Below are positions 27,483-40,900 of a stretch of DNA of 64,000 nucleotides, piece after piece. The notes below the pieces were generated by a model. It saw nothing but the letters and a program-made list of their open reading frames with translations. It did no database searches and was not told the origin of the DNA. The stretch's first letter is position 1, and each line of letters opens with the position of its first letter. Source of the DNA: Eledone cirrhosa (Eukaryota); assembly GCA_964016885.1 (NCBI GenBank), contig OZ024740.1:124434001-124498000 (forward strand), written 5' to 3'. The position numbers and the translations under genes are program-made.

Positions 27483-29438
27483 CAAACTCTACTCACACAA
27501 AACATCCAACTCATCTTGCTGAGGAAATTACTAGGTTACTGAAAGTTTCACAAAGTTTTGATGTAAAATTAAATGAATGTTTTTACAATGTGGTCGAAGT
27601 GATTGGAGTCATCTATGAGAAAGATTTCAGATTCAGACTTAGAACACGTAACCTTTTCATTGACAAGACAAATTGGCATGTGTTGCTACTATTTCAGTTT
27701 GGTTTTCTTTTTATCGCATCTGAAGCTTCTGAGAATATTTCTGTTGGCATAAAAATGATAAAAATAAAAGAATAGACCGGAAATCCTTTTTCTTAAAGAT
27801 TTCAATGTAAATTTTAAAATATACAATAGAAGTGATATATTCAATATATTACTCTTGCATTGATGCATAGTAATTCAAATGCATGTATGGGAAAGATCTT
27901 CCTGAATTTTAAGTGTACAGAAAATATTTGCATGCTTACAAGGAAGTATGTATGCATGTGTAGAACATGTTTGTTGGTTTTTTTTTTTTACCTAAACCAC
28001 ATATATACACATATACATGCATACCCAAAAATTCACCTCATTGCTTTAATATGAATTTATTTATGTTCTTGTAGCACTATGAAATGTATGATTTTATAAC
28101 AAAATATATTTTGTAATATTTCCACTGAGATCTAAGTTTGAATGCTGCAATCTAATTATTTGTCAGAAGATTTTACTGATAGAGTTCATACACTTCAAAC
28201 CACCTATTATGAATTTTTGACCTCTTTTTACCTGATATACATTATGCAGTGAACAGATTCTTACAAAACTAAAATAAACTAACAGAAATTATACTGCAAT
28301 ATCAGATGTTTGTCTTTGAATTTTAAATATTGTTTATTTGGAAAGATCATTTAATTATTTGGTCTCATTTCTTCACGTCATCCTCAAATACTATTGATCC
28401 CAGTAGATAAAAAGAAAAGGAAAATTGACTTTAGTGGCACATGAAACATTTAAAATAAATGCTGTAAAACTAAACTGAAAGTAAACACTATTTAAAGATC
28501 ATCATGGATTTAACAAAATTTAAAAGTTTCAATGTAGCAAAATGTATCCACACATTGACCTCCATGTGACATTTTACAGTTATTTTCTAGGTTAGCTCCT
28601 TGTGAAGCAAGTGGTCTGAGGTAGCAGGTCTTTTTGAGGTGAAGACAAGTTATGTTCTCAACGCAGTTGAATGGGAACCTTCCAATGGTAAACACAGCAT
28701 AGTTTTGCTCAGGTCTCCGACTGGAGACACATTTTTTGTCTAACCATCAAACCACTAACAAGATGTAGTCGTTGGCAAAAATATCCCTCGGGCCTGTCTG
28801 TGGACAGGGCCACAAGAAATAACAGCCAGCCACATCTATAATGCAATTTACCCTGTGCCACTGCACACACGCATTCCTCATACCCAAACCTATCTCACGC
28901 ACTTTCTCCACATACACAGTTTCTCCTTGTTTGTTGTTCATGCCTTTCGACTATAACAAATGTTAATTCAAGTGCTTCCATTGTGAAATGCTAATTAATA
29001 AATAATATATAAATGTGGTGGGAGTTTTCTTTCTTCTATAACTTTAGCAGTGTGATCGTGGAAAATCACTTTCCCCACGATATCAAACACATTCACTTTC
29101 CACAGATATACACATTGGTTAAATATCATAATTATTTGCAACCAATATAAATCATCATCATCATTCATGCTTCTACTAATTCTAACATACAAACATCCCA
29201 TTACATTACAACAGCAGAGATCCGATGAGCTTTTGATTCCAGAGTTGGGCCAGATCGATACGGATCAAACCTTGAGCTGATACACACATCACCAACTATA
29301 AACATGATGTAGGCATAATAAATTGTCCTTGTATTATCATATTTACACTCTGTTTAGCTCTACACCTCACTGCAGATGTGAATCTAAACATCAAGTGCTC
29401 ACCTGGGTGAACCTACACTAACTTCACATTACACTCCC

Positions 29439-29478
<40 letters not shown>

Positions 29479-30449
29479 AAAACAATGAAACCCCATGTTG
29501 ACAGGCAAAAGTTCCTTCAATATGCTAGAAAATGTTTGAATGAAACCCTATCATCTTGAATAAAGGCGGATGCATATGTGTGTATGTACATTTTTGGCAT
29601 GCTATATGTAAGCATCCATCCATATATAAGCATGCTTGTATATATTATGCATGTGTAGCTGTCTCCTAGTATGTTAATATTTTTCTCTGCTTGAATGTAT
29701 GCTTGGTTGTATTTTAGTCCTAACAAAATTCATATATGTATGAAGCCACCAGAAATTTCACCCGCACCTCACATAAACACCCCTACACACACACACACAC
29801 ACTCTGATCCATTTAAAATGAGACAATGTGTAGACTAGGTGCTTTTTATTGTTGCACCAAAACACTCATCTAACAGGGTGGACTGGGTGTTTTTTAATTG
29901 TGTCACCAGCATGATCCCCTTAGGCTTAGGGGATGGATTGGGTGCTTCTTTCTGTGTCACCAGTACAGATATTTGGACTGGTGCATTTGAGGTAAATATT
30001 CTAGGTGCAAATCCCATGATCATTCCTAACTGAAGGCAATCTTTACCTTTTACCCTTTATATACATATATATATATATAATACAAGTTAATATAAATAAA
30101 TATAACATCAACACTTATGTGTTTTTATTGTAAATTGACAATAAATTAGCTAGAATGAAATATCTTAATTCAAATACATATAGTCTGCTTGTATCGATCT
30201 AAAAAATAATACATCTATACTCACAAACGTATATCGGCAATGGCCTTGGTGCCTATACAAGTTTAAATTTCAAAATTCAAACCTTTTCCGCAGATCAGTC
30301 CGAAACTCAAAACGTAAACCTGTTTCACAAAGGATGGTATAATATTGACATAATTAATTAATTGTGAAATAATTAATTTTCTGTGATTCTCAATAGGCAC
30401 CCAGAAAAATTAAAGTTACTTCACCTCGGAGAAATATCTAAGGTCTGGA

Positions 30450-30792
<343 letters not shown>

Positions 30793-31036
30793 ATATTTGG
30801 GGAGGGTCATATTTGCGTAATATTGCCAGAATTAATAACAGAACACACTCACTGTTTGGTTGGTTTTCGCTTCTCGCTGTCTTTTATATATATATATCTG
30901 CGATCTAGCTTACTCGGTCCTCAATGTTGCCATTGACTGACCGGCGGTCAAAAATAATACAGATACAATATAGACAAACACATATATATATAGTTTACAT
31001 AAATCTTTCGTTGCACATCTGCAACATCGGTACACT

Positions 31037-33265
31037 ATGAGACAGAGCAGACCAGAGGCCCAACAACTTGGGATAAAACCTGTAGAAGGCTTGGTTAGCC
31101 TCAAGCAGCGCACAAGGGATGGTGAGGTAGTGTGTCTACCCACAGATAAGTCTGGTAGGATGTCAATAGATAGCATGCCGAACTACATCGAGGCAATGCA
31201 ACCCCACATCACCAACACGAGCGAAGTTGCACAACTAACACACGATGGGAGAGAAAAAATCCTCAACGCTCACATGATGATGTGGACTGACATCCTAAAG
31301 CCAAGCAGACGCACTGCCAACAACTTCCAGGCGTCTAACAATGGCATACCACCCTTGTATGGGCTCCGCAAAGACCACAAGACAGTCGACGACCCGACAA
31401 TAGGACCACCAACAAGACCTGTATGCGGAGCTAATATAGCTAGCAACTACAGGATCTCCTACTTCCTCTCGATGGTTATACGCCCCATAATCAAGATGTC
31501 CCCAGATGTATGTGAAAGTACAGAGGACCTCCTCAGCAGAATCAGTGAGTGCAACAAAAACAGGAGCCTATCCAACTGCATAATAGGCAGCATGGATGTG
31601 GTGTCACTGTACCCATCCATTAACATTGATTTTGCTGTGAAAAGATGTGTGGAGATGATCATTGAGAGTGAGGTGGAGTTCTGCGACGTCGACACAGACG
31701 AACTGGGCCTCCTACTTAGACTTACCTACGACACTGACTACCTAGACAGCCATGACCTTAGATGTTTCTGCCCTAGTAGACCTATAAGAGGTAGACCCCC
31801 CACCATAACCTCAATGGCTAAAAAGACTCCCATAGGAAGGTGGATTGGGTGGACCAAAGCTATACGGACCCCCCAAAACACTGATCAGGTAAGAAAAATG
31901 GTCGCACATGCAATAGGGGCTAGTATCAAAACTACCCTAAAGGGCCACATATTTAAGTTCAATGAGAAAATCTACACCCAAAATGAGGGAGCAGCCATCG
32001 GCGTCAGCATAGCTGGCGATGTTGCCAACCTTTTCATGGTATGGTGGGAAAGGAGACTTAAAGATCTCCTTAATGAAAGCTCCATAGACCTCATCATGTA
32101 CTCTCGTTATGTAGACGATATCAATATAGTTATAAGAACACCCCCACTAGACAGCACTAACAAGTTTGATTTAGAACGTAGCACGATGGAAAGCATCCAG
32201 CAGATAGCTAATTCCATACACCAGAGTATAACTGTAACTATAGACTTCCCTTCCAAACACCCTAACAATAGACTACCTGTATTAGACACAGAACTCTGGA
32301 TTAACACTATAGACGAGAGAGCCCAAATTCTCCACTCACACTATGCTAAACCCATGGCCTCCAAATACCTGATACTCAAAAACTCAGCAATGTCCAGTAG
32401 TGCTAAGTTTAATATTCTGATCGCAGATTTGGTACGAGTGATGAAGAATGTGTCCAGCATGTGCGACCCAACAGAAATGGAAGGACACATCCAACACTTC
32501 ATCAACCGCATGCAGTTCTCTGGCTACAACCAAAGAGACAGAGTCAGAGTATACGAAGGAGCCATGGAAAAGTATAAGACCCTCATAGAACTGGACATGA
32601 AAGGAATTTGCCCACTATACAGGAGCAAATCATGGAATAGCTTAGATAGGGCTAGACATAAGATAGGGAAGGCCACATCATGGTACGACAACCAGAGATA
32701 TCAGAGTGTCATGTTTGTGGACGCCACCCCTGGAGGGAAATTAGCTAACCAGTGTAGAAAGGCCCTGAGAAAGACCCACTTAAAAATAAAGGTGGTAGAA
32801 AAGCCAGGAACCACCATAAAATCCCTGATCAGCAAAACCTACCCTTTTAAGAAAACCCACTGTACCAATAGGAAATGTATCATATGTAAGGTGAACCCCC
32901 GGATAAACTGTAAAACTAGAAACGTAGTCTATAGCATAAGATGTACAGAGGGTACTTGCAGAAACACGACAACAACATACATAGGTGAGACAGCTCGTAG
33001 CATAGGTGAAAGGATAGACCAACACTGGGGGGAACTAAAAGGACGAAAAAACGGGTCAGTACTATACGAACATGCTAGACAACATCATGACGGTAACATA
33101 GACAACATAGAAATTAGAATAATATCTAAACATAGGAATGACCCAGCAGATAGGCAAATCAGAGAGGCCAGTGAAATAGAAATTAGAAGACCAAAGCTAA
33201 ACAGAAAGAATGAGTGGAACAACAACAACACCCAAACAAACAACACTGACCTAAGAGAAGTATAA
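31037..33265 (+). CDS. 5'-truncated PLE ORF (RT + GIY-YIG), 742 aa
   Basis: Matches the C-terminal 742 aa of the full ORFs; DVVSLYPSI, QNEGAAIG, RYVDD, VVY...YIGET. Confidence 0.85.
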   Translation: MRQSRPEAQQLGIKPVEGLVSLKQRTRDGEVVCLPTDKSGRMSIDSMPNYIEAMQPHITNTSEVAQLTHDGREKILNAHMMMWTDILKPSRRTANNFQASNNGIPPLYGLRKDHKTVDDPTIGPPTRPVCGANIASNYRISYFLSMVIRPIIKMSPDVCESTEDLLSRISECNKNRSLSNCIIGSMDVVSLYPSINIDFAVKRCVEMIIESEVEFCDVDTDELGLLLRLTYDTDYLDSHDLRCFCPSRPIRGRPPTITSMAKKTPIGRWIGWTKAIRTPQNTDQVRKMVAHAIGASIKTTLKGHIFKFNEKIYTQNEGAAIGVSIAGDVANLFMVWWERRLKDLLNESSIDLIMYSRYVDDINIVIRTPPLDSTNKFDLERSTMESIQQIANSIHQSITVTIDFPSKHPNNRLPVLDTELWINTIDERAQILHSHYAKPMASKYLILKNSAMSSSAKFNILIADLVRVMKNVSSMCDPTEMEGHIQHFINRMQFSGYNQRDRVRVYEGAMEKYKTLIELDMKGICPLYRSKSWNSLDRARHKIGKATSWYDNQRYQSVMFVDATPGGKLANQCRKALRKTHLKIKVVEKPGTTIKSLISKTYPFKKTHCTNRKCIICKVNPRINCKTRNVVYSIRCTEGTCRNTTTTYIGETARSIGERIDQHWGELKGRKNGSVLYEHARQHHDGNIDNIEIRIISKHRNDPADRQIREASEIEIRRPKLNRKNEWNNNNTQTNNTDLREV

Positions 33266-33552
33266 ATAAATAAGTAAATTAAATTAAATTAAATAAAATA
33301 AGATAAATAAATACATACACAAGCACATAAACACACACTAGTCACCCAGCAGACAACACTATACACACTAGTCACACATCACACATCACACATAACACTA
33401 TACACACACGCAAACGCATGCGCAAAGAAGACAAAATAAAATAAGATAAACAAACAAGCAAATAAATAAATAAATATATAGACAGACTGAACAAAAAAAA
33501 AAAAAAAAAATGGCGTAGACATACAACACAACAGGAGGAACAATGAATATAA

Positions 33553-33596
33553 CACCACTGACGATGTTGCAGATGTGCAACGAAAGATTTATGTAA
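33553..33596 (+). ncRNA. Degenerate hammerhead-like motif in pLTR (also at ~37698 and ~41842)
   Basis: CTGACGA-t-gttgc-agatgt-gcaac-GAAA-gatt-TA-tg; core and stem II clear, stem I only ~2 bp. Confidence 0.55.
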
Positions 33597-33780
33597 ACTA
33601 TATATATATGTGTTTGTCTATATTGTATCTGTATTATTTTTGACCGCCGGTCAGTCAATGGCAACATTGAGGACCGAGTAAGCTAGATCGCAGATATATA
33701 TATATAAAAGACAGCGAGAAGCGAAAACCAACCAAACAGTGAGTGTGTTCTGTTATTAATTCTGGCAATATTACGCAAAT

Positions 33781-36700
33781 ATGACCCTCCCCAAATATAA
33801 CAATATCTGTTTCGACACACGATTTCATATAAAAAACCTCGCAAAACTAATTCATCGCCGCTATGGCATTAGCTTGTGCCAAGCTGAAAGGTTATTGAAA
33901 GACACTGTTTTCTGTTATATAAAAACTACAATAACAACAGAACAAATCCGCTTCTTAAAACACTGTGTTTCCTCCAAAACATACACAACAAACATATCAA
34001 AACAAGTAAATAATTTATTATTGAACAAAACACAAGCTGAACGGCTAAAACACACAATAACAGTTAATATGAAAAGAACAACATACACAAAAGTCAACGC
34101 ACTCTACAGACAAAAACGCATCAACGGTAAGGAAATCCGAAATCTCATCACAGCAAACGAGAGAGATGACTTCATGAGCGTCATCCGACGCGAAACGAAA
34201 TATGCTCAAAACGAATGCTGTAGGCATTTCAAGAAGAAATTAGAATGGATGAATAAGAAAAAACTACAAGAAAGGAAAATCGAATATTCTCAAAAATACC
34301 CAGATAACATCGACAACATCCGTATGAGTGATGTAAAACTACCGGAAGAATTTACCAATGACCACACAGTAAATATCTATGGGAACACTTTAATCAGTGA
34401 ACAAGAACAACAAATCCTAAAGTTACCACCAAAATTTGCCATCTACAAAAAGATTAATCCTATGGAATGCAAAACGGAGCTGGAAAAGTGTTTCACAAAA
34501 ATACGTTGGAATGCAAAGGTAAACAACAACAACAATAATAACGGTAGTAGTAATATAAACAATAACTCTGGGTATAGAAATAACAGCCATAACCATAACA
34601 ATGGCAGGAAAGTGAGAAATAGTGATAATGGTAATAATACTAGCGATAGACAGAACAACAACAACCACAATAATAATAATAATAGAAACGTTAACCACAG
34701 ACACAGCAACAGTGACCACAGTAGTAATAACGGTAACAATACGAACAACAACAACAACAATAACCACAGTGGTAATAATGGAAATAGTACATGTAGCAAC
34801 ATCAACAAAAACAAGAAACATAATAATAGTAACAACCACAATGGTAGAAATAGCAGTAACAACAACAATAACGGTGAAGTAAACAACAATACATCTAGCA
34901 ATCATAACAATAATAATATTAATGCTAAGGATAGAAACAACAACAACCACCATGATAACAATAATAGCAACACACACAACTATGACGATAGAAATAACGA
35001 CAACCCCTTAGAGAAACTATTTTTCAACCCAGCTGACAAAACATATAAGATGGGTAATATCTATCCTACGAGGTTACCCTTTAATAAAAGAGTTTGCATA
35101 CCACAACAAATAGATGACGAGACGGAGGCACAGTTCACCATAGCTAGAAATAAGATTAGACAAGTAGTAGACAGGTACACTATGAGACAGAGCAGACCAG
35201 AGGCCCAACAACTTGGGATAAAACCTGTAGAAGGCTTGGTTAGCCTCAAGCAGCGCACAAGGGATGGTGAGGTAGTGTGTCTACCCACAGATAAGTCTGG
35301 TAGGATGTCAATAGATAGCATGCCGAACTACATCGAGGCAATGCAACCCCACATCACCAACACGAGCGAAGTTGCACAACTAACACACGATGGGAGAGAA
35401 AAAATCCTCAACGCTCACATGATGATGTGGACTGACATCCTAAAGCCAAGCAGACGCACTGCCAACAACTTCCAGGCGTCTAACAATGGCATACCACCCT
35501 TGTATGGGCTCCGCAAAGACCACAAGACAGTCGACGACCCGACAATAGGACCACCAACAAGACCTGTATGCGGAGCTAATATAGCTAGCAACTACAGGAT
35601 CTCCTACTTCCTCTCGATGGTTATACGCCCCATAATCAAGATGTCCCCAGATGTATGTGAAAGTACAGAGGACCTCCTCAGCAGAATCAGTGAGTGCAAC
35701 AAAAACAGGAGCCTATCCAACTGCATAATAGGCAGCATGGATGTGGTGTCACTGTACCCATCCATTAACATTGATTTTGCTGTGAAAAAATGTGTGGAGA
35801 TGATCATTGAGAGTGAGGTGGAGTTCTGCGACGTCGACACAGACGAACTGGGCCTCCTACTTAGACTTACCTACGACACTGACTACCTAGACAGCCATGA
35901 CCTTAGATGTTTCTGCCCTAGTAGACCTATAAGAGGTAGACCCCCCACCATAACCTCAATGGCTAAAAAGACTCCCATAGGAAGGTGGATTGGGTGGACC
36001 AAAGCTATACGGACCCCCCAAAACACTGATCAGGTAAGAAAAATGGTCGCACATGCAATAGGGGCTAGTATCAAAACTACCCTAAAGGGCCACATATTTA
36101 AGTTCAATGAGAAAATCTACACCCAAAATGAGGGAGCAGCCATCGGCGTCAGCATAGCTGGCGATGTTGCCAACCTTTTCATGGTATGGTGGGAAAGGAG
36201 ACTTAAAGATCTCCTTAATGAAAGCTCCATAGACCTCATCATGTACTCTCGTTATGTAGACGATATCAATATAGTTATAAGAACACCCCCACTAGACAGC
36301 ACTAACAAGTTTGATTTAGAACGTAGCACGATGGAAAGCATCCAGCAGATAGCTAATTCCATACACCAGAGTATAACTGTAACTATAGACTTCCCTTCCA
36401 AACACCCTAACAATAGACTACCTGTATTAGACACAGAACTCTGGATTAACACTATAGACGAGAGAGCCCAAATTCTCCACTCACACTATGCTAAACCCAT
36501 GGCCTCCAAATACCTGATACTCAAAAACTCAGCAATGTCCAGTAGTGCTAAGTTTAATATTCTGATCGCAGATTTGGTACGAGTGATGAAGAATGTGTCC
36601 AGCATGTGCGACCCAACAGAAATGGAAGGACACATCCAACACTTCATCAACCGCATGCAGTTCTCTGGCTACAACCAAAGAGACAGAGTCAGAGTATACG

Positions 36701-37410
36701 AAGGAGCCATGGAAAAGTATAAGACCCTCATAGAACTGGACATGAAAGGAATTTGCCCACTATACAGGAGCAAATCATGGAATAGCTTAGATAGGGCTAG
36801 ACATAAGATAGGGAAGGCCACATCATGGTACGACAACCAGAGATATCAGAGTGTCATGTTTGTGGACGCCACCCCTGGAGGGAAATTAGCTAACCAGTGT
36901 AGAAAGGCCCTGAGAAAGACCCACTTAAAAATAAAGGTGGTAGAAAAGCCAGGAACCACCATAAAATCCCTGATCAGCAAAACCTACCCTTTTAAGAAAA
37001 CCCACTGTACCAATAGGAAATGTATCATATGTAAGGTGAACCCCCGGATAAACTGTAAAACTAGAAACGTAGTCTATAGCATAAGATGTACAGAGGGTAC
37101 TTGCAGAAACACGACAACAACATACATAGGTGAGACAGCTCGTAGCATAGGTGAAAGGATAGACCAACACTGGGGGGAACTAAAAGGACGAAAAAACGGG
37201 TCAGTACTATACGAACATGCTAGACAACATCATGACGGTAACATAGACAACATAGAAATTAGAATAATATCTAAACATAGGAATGACCCAGCAGATAGGC
37301 AAATCAGAGAGGCCAGTGAAATAGAAATTAGAAGACCAAAGCTAAACAGAAAGAATGAGTGGAACAACAACAACACCCAAACAAACAACACTGACCTAAG
37401 AGAAGTATAA
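33781..37410 (+). CDS. PLE polyprotein: N-terminal domain, Asn-rich insert, reverse transcriptase, Cys-rich linker, C-terminal GIY-YIG endonuclease (1209 aa)
   Basis: LYGLRKDHK, RPV, MDVVSLYPSI, QNEGAAIG, RYVDD, LPVLD; CTNRKCIIC...C linker; NVVY-x16-YIGET, R..H, E and LN nuclease residues. Confidence 0.96.
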   Translation: MTLPKYNNICFDTRFHIKNLAKLIHRRYGISLCQAERLLKDTVFCYIKTTITTEQIRFLKHCVSSKTYTTNISKQVNNLLLNKTQAERLKHTITVNMKRTTYTKVNALYRQKRINGKEIRNLITANERDDFMSVIRRETKYAQNECCRHFKKKLEWMNKKKLQERKIEYSQKYPDNIDNIRMSDVKLPEEFTNDHTVNIYGNTLISEQEQQILKLPPKFAIYKKINPMECKTELEKCFTKIRWNAKVNNNNNNNGSSNINNNSGYRNNSHNHNNGRKVRNSDNGNNTSDRQNNNNHNNNNNRNVNHRHSNSDHSSNNGNNTNNNNNNNHSGNNGNSTCSNINKNKKHNNSNNHNGRNSSNNNNNGEVNNNTSSNHNNNNINAKDRNNNNHHDNNNSNTHNYDDRNNDNPLEKLFFNPADKTYKMGNIYPTRLPFNKRVCIPQQIDDETEAQFTIARNKIRQVVDRYTMRQSRPEAQQLGIKPVEGLVSLKQRTRDGEVVCLPTDKSGRMSIDSMPNYIEAMQPHITNTSEVAQLTHDGREKILNAHMMMWTDILKPSRRTANNFQASNNGIPPLYGLRKDHKTVDDPTIGPPTRPVCGANIASNYRISYFLSMVIRPIIKMSPDVCESTEDLLSRISECNKNRSLSNCIIGSMDVVSLYPSINIDFAVKKCVEMIIESEVEFCDVDTDELGLLLRLTYDTDYLDSHDLRCFCPSRPIRGRPPTITSMAKKTPIGRWIGWTKAIRTPQNTDQVRKMVAHAIGASIKTTLKGHIFKFNEKIYTQNEGAAIGVSIAGDVANLFMVWWERRLKDLLNESSIDLIMYSRYVDDINIVIRTPPLDSTNKFDLERSTMESIQQIANSIHQSITVTIDFPSKHPNNRLPVLDTELWINTIDERAQILHSHYAKPMASKYLILKNSAMSSSAKFNILIADLVRVMKNVSSMCDPTEMEGHIQHFINRMQFSGYNQRDRVRVYEGAMEKYKTLIELDMKGICPLYRSKSWNSLDRARHKIGKATSWYDNQRYQSVMFVDATPGGKLANQCRKALRKTHLKIKVVEKPGTTIKSLISKTYPFKKTHCTNRKCIICKVNPRINCKTRNVVYSIRCTEGTCRNTTTTYIGETARSIGERIDQHWGELKGRKNGSVLYEHARQHHDGNIDNIEIRIISKHRNDPADRQIREASEIEIRRPKLNRKNEWNNNNTQTNNTDLREV

Positions 37411-37925
37411 ATAAATAAGTAAATTAAATTAAATTAAATAAAATAAGATAAATAAATACATACACAAGCACATAAACACACACTAGTCACCCAGCAGACA
37501 ACACTATACACACTAGTCACACATCACACATCACACATAACACTATACACACACGCAAACGCATGCGCAAAGAAGACAAAATAAAATAAGATAAACAAAC
37601 AAGCAAATAAATAAATAAATATATAGACAGACTGAACAAAAAAAAAAAAAAAAAATGGCGTAGACATACAACACAACAGGAGGAACAATGAATATAACAC
37701 CACTGACGATGTTGCAGATGTGCAACGAAAGATTTATGTAAACTATATATATATGTGTTTGTCTATATTGTATCTGTATTATTTTTGACCGCCGGTCAGT
37801 CAATGGCAACATTGAGGACCGAGTAAGCTAGATCGCAGATATATATATATAAAAGACAGCGAGAAGCGAAAACCAACCAAACAGTGAGTGTGTTCTGTTA
37901 TTAATTCTGGCAATATTACGCAAAT

Positions 37926-40900
37926 ATGACCCTCCCCAAATATAACAATATCTGTTTCGACACACGATTTCATATAAAAAACCTCGCAAAACTAATTCAT
38001 CGCCGCTATGGCATTAGCTTGTGCCAAGCTGAAAGGTTATTGAAAGACACTGTTTTCTGTTATATAAAAACTACAATAACAACAGAACAAATCCGCTTCT
38101 TAAAACACTGTGTTTCCTCCAAAACATACACAACAAACATATCAAAACAAGTAAATAATTTATTATTGAACAAAACACAAGCTGAACGGCTAAAACACAC
38201 AATAACAGTTAATATGAAAAGAACAACATACACAAAAGTCAACGCACTCTACAGACAAAAACGCATCAACGGTAAGGAAATCCGAAATCTCATCACAGCA
38301 AACGAGAGAGATGACTTCATGAGCGTCATCCGACGCGAAACGAAATATGCTCAAAACGAATGCTGTAGGCATTTCAAGAAGAAATTAGAATGGATGAATA
38401 AGAAAAAACTACAAGAAAGGAAAATCGAATATTCTCAAAAATACCCAGATAACATCGACAACATCCGTATGAGTGATGTAAAACTACCGGAAGAATTTAC
38501 CAATGACCACACAGTAAATATCTATGGGAACACTTTAATCAGTGAACAAGAACAACAAATCCTAAAGTTACCACCAAAATTTGCCATCTACAAAAAGATT
38601 AATCCTATGGAATGCAAAACGGAGCTGGAAAAGTGTTTCACAAAAATACGTTGGAATGCAAAGGTAAACAACAACAACAATAATAACGGTAGTAGTAATA
38701 TAAACAATAACTCTGGGTATAGAAATAACAGCCATAACCATAACAATGGCAGGAAAGTGAGAAATAGTGATAATGGTAATAATACTAGCGATAGACAGAA
38801 CAACAACAACCACAATAATAATAATAATAGAAACGTTAACCACAGACACAGCAACAGTGACCACAGTAGTAATAACGGTAACAATACGAACAACAACAAC
38901 AACAATAACCACAGTGGTAATAATGGAAATAGTACATGTAGCAACATCAACAAAAACAAGAAACATAATAATAGTAACAACCACAATGGTAGAAATAGCA
39001 GTAACAACAACAATAACGGTGAAGTAAACAACAATACATCTAGCAATCATAACAATAATAATATTAATGCTAAGGATAGAAACAACAACAACCACCATGA
39101 TAACAATAATAGCAACACACACAACTATGACGATAGAAATAACGACAACCCCTTAGAGAAACTATTTTTCAACCCAGCTGACAAAACATATAAGATGGGT
39201 AATATCTATCCTACGAGGTTACCCTTTAATAAAAGAGTTTGCATACCACAACAAATAGATGACGAGACGGAGGCACAGTTCACCATAGCTAGAAATAAGA
39301 TTAGACAAGTAGTAGACAGGTACACTATGAGACAGAGCAGACCAGAGGCCCAACAACTTGGGATAAAACCTGTAGAAGGCTTGGTTAGCCTCAAGCAGCG
39401 CACAAGGGATGGTGAGGTAGTGTGTCTACCCACAGATAAGTCTGGTAGGATGTCAATAGATAGCATGCCGAACTACATCGAGGCAATGCAACCCCACATC
39501 ACCAACACGAGCGAAGTTGCACAACTAACACACGATGGGAGAGAAAAAATCCTCAACGCTCACATGATGATGTGGACTGACATCCTAAAGCCAAGCAGAC
39601 GCACTGCCAACAACTTCCAGGCGTCTAACAATGGCATACCACCCTTGTATGGGCTCCGCAAAGACCACAAGACAGTCGACGACCCGACAATAGGACCACC
39701 AACAAGACCTGTATGCGGAGCTAATATAGCTAGCAACTACAGGATCTCCTACTTCCTCTCGATGGTTATACGCCCCATAATCAAGATGTCCCCAGATGTA
39801 TGTGAAAGTACAGAGGACCTCCTCAGCAGAATCAGTGAGTGCAACAAAAACAGGAGCCTATCCAACTGCATAATAGGCAGCATGGATGTGGTGTCACTGT
39901 ACCCATCCATTAACATTGATTTTGCTGTGAAAAGATGTGTGGAGATGATCATTGAGAGTGAGGTGGAGTTCTGCGACGTCGACACAGACGAACTGGGCCT
40001 CCTACTTAGACTTACCTACGACACTGACTACCTAGACAGCCATGACCTTAGATGTTTCTGCCCTAGTAGACCTATAAGAGGTAGACCCCCCACCATAACC
40101 TCAATGGCTAAAAAGACTCCCATAGGAAGGTGGATTGGGTGGACCAAAGCTATACGGACCCCCCAAAACACTGATCAGGTAAGAAAAATGGTCGCACATG
40201 CAATAGGGGCTAGTATCAAAACTACCCTAAAGGGCCACATATTTAAGTTCAATGAGAAAATCTACACCCAAAATGAGGGAGCAGCCATCGGCGTCAGCAT
40301 AGCTGGCGATGTTGCCAACCTTTTCATGGTATGGTGGGAAAGGAGACTTAAAGATCTCCTTAATGAAAGCTCCATAGACCTCATCATGTACTCTCGTTAT
40401 GTAGACGATATCAATATAGTTATAAGAACACCCCCACTAGACAGCACTAACAAGTTTGATTTAGAACGTAGCACGATGGAAAGCATCCAGCAGATAGCTA
40501 ATTCCATACACCAGAGTATAACTGTAACTATAGACTTCCCTTCCAAACACCCTAACAATAGACTACCTGTATTAGACACAGAACTCTGGATTAACACTAT
40601 AGACGAGAGAGCCCAAATTCTCCACTCACACTATGCTAAACCCATGGCCTCCAAATACCTGATACTCAAAAACTCAGCAATGTCCAGTAGTGCTAAGTTT
40701 AATATTCTGATCGCAGATTTGGTACGAGTGATGAAGAATGTGTCCAGCATGTGCGACCCAACAGAAATGGAAGGACACATCCAACACTTCATCAACCGCA
40801 TGCAGTTCTCTGGCTACAACCAAAGAGACAGAGTCAGAGTATACGAAGGAGCCATGGAAAAGTATAAGACCCTCATAGAACTGGACATGAAAGGAATTTG

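Noticed and set aside
28591-28686. Possible host exon (TTTTCTAG|G ... ATG|GTAAAC)
   Set aside because: Stops in all three frames and no recognisable protein; at most a terminal or non-coding exon, unsupported
33266-33780. SECIS element / selenoprotein as in some Naiad PLEs
   Set aside because: The ORF has no in-frame TGA, ends in TAA and has a C-terminal endonuclease
34423-34977. Hydrophobic antisense ORFs (poly-V/I/L), repeated at 38568-39122
   Set aside because: Reverse-strand shadow of the Asn-codon tract
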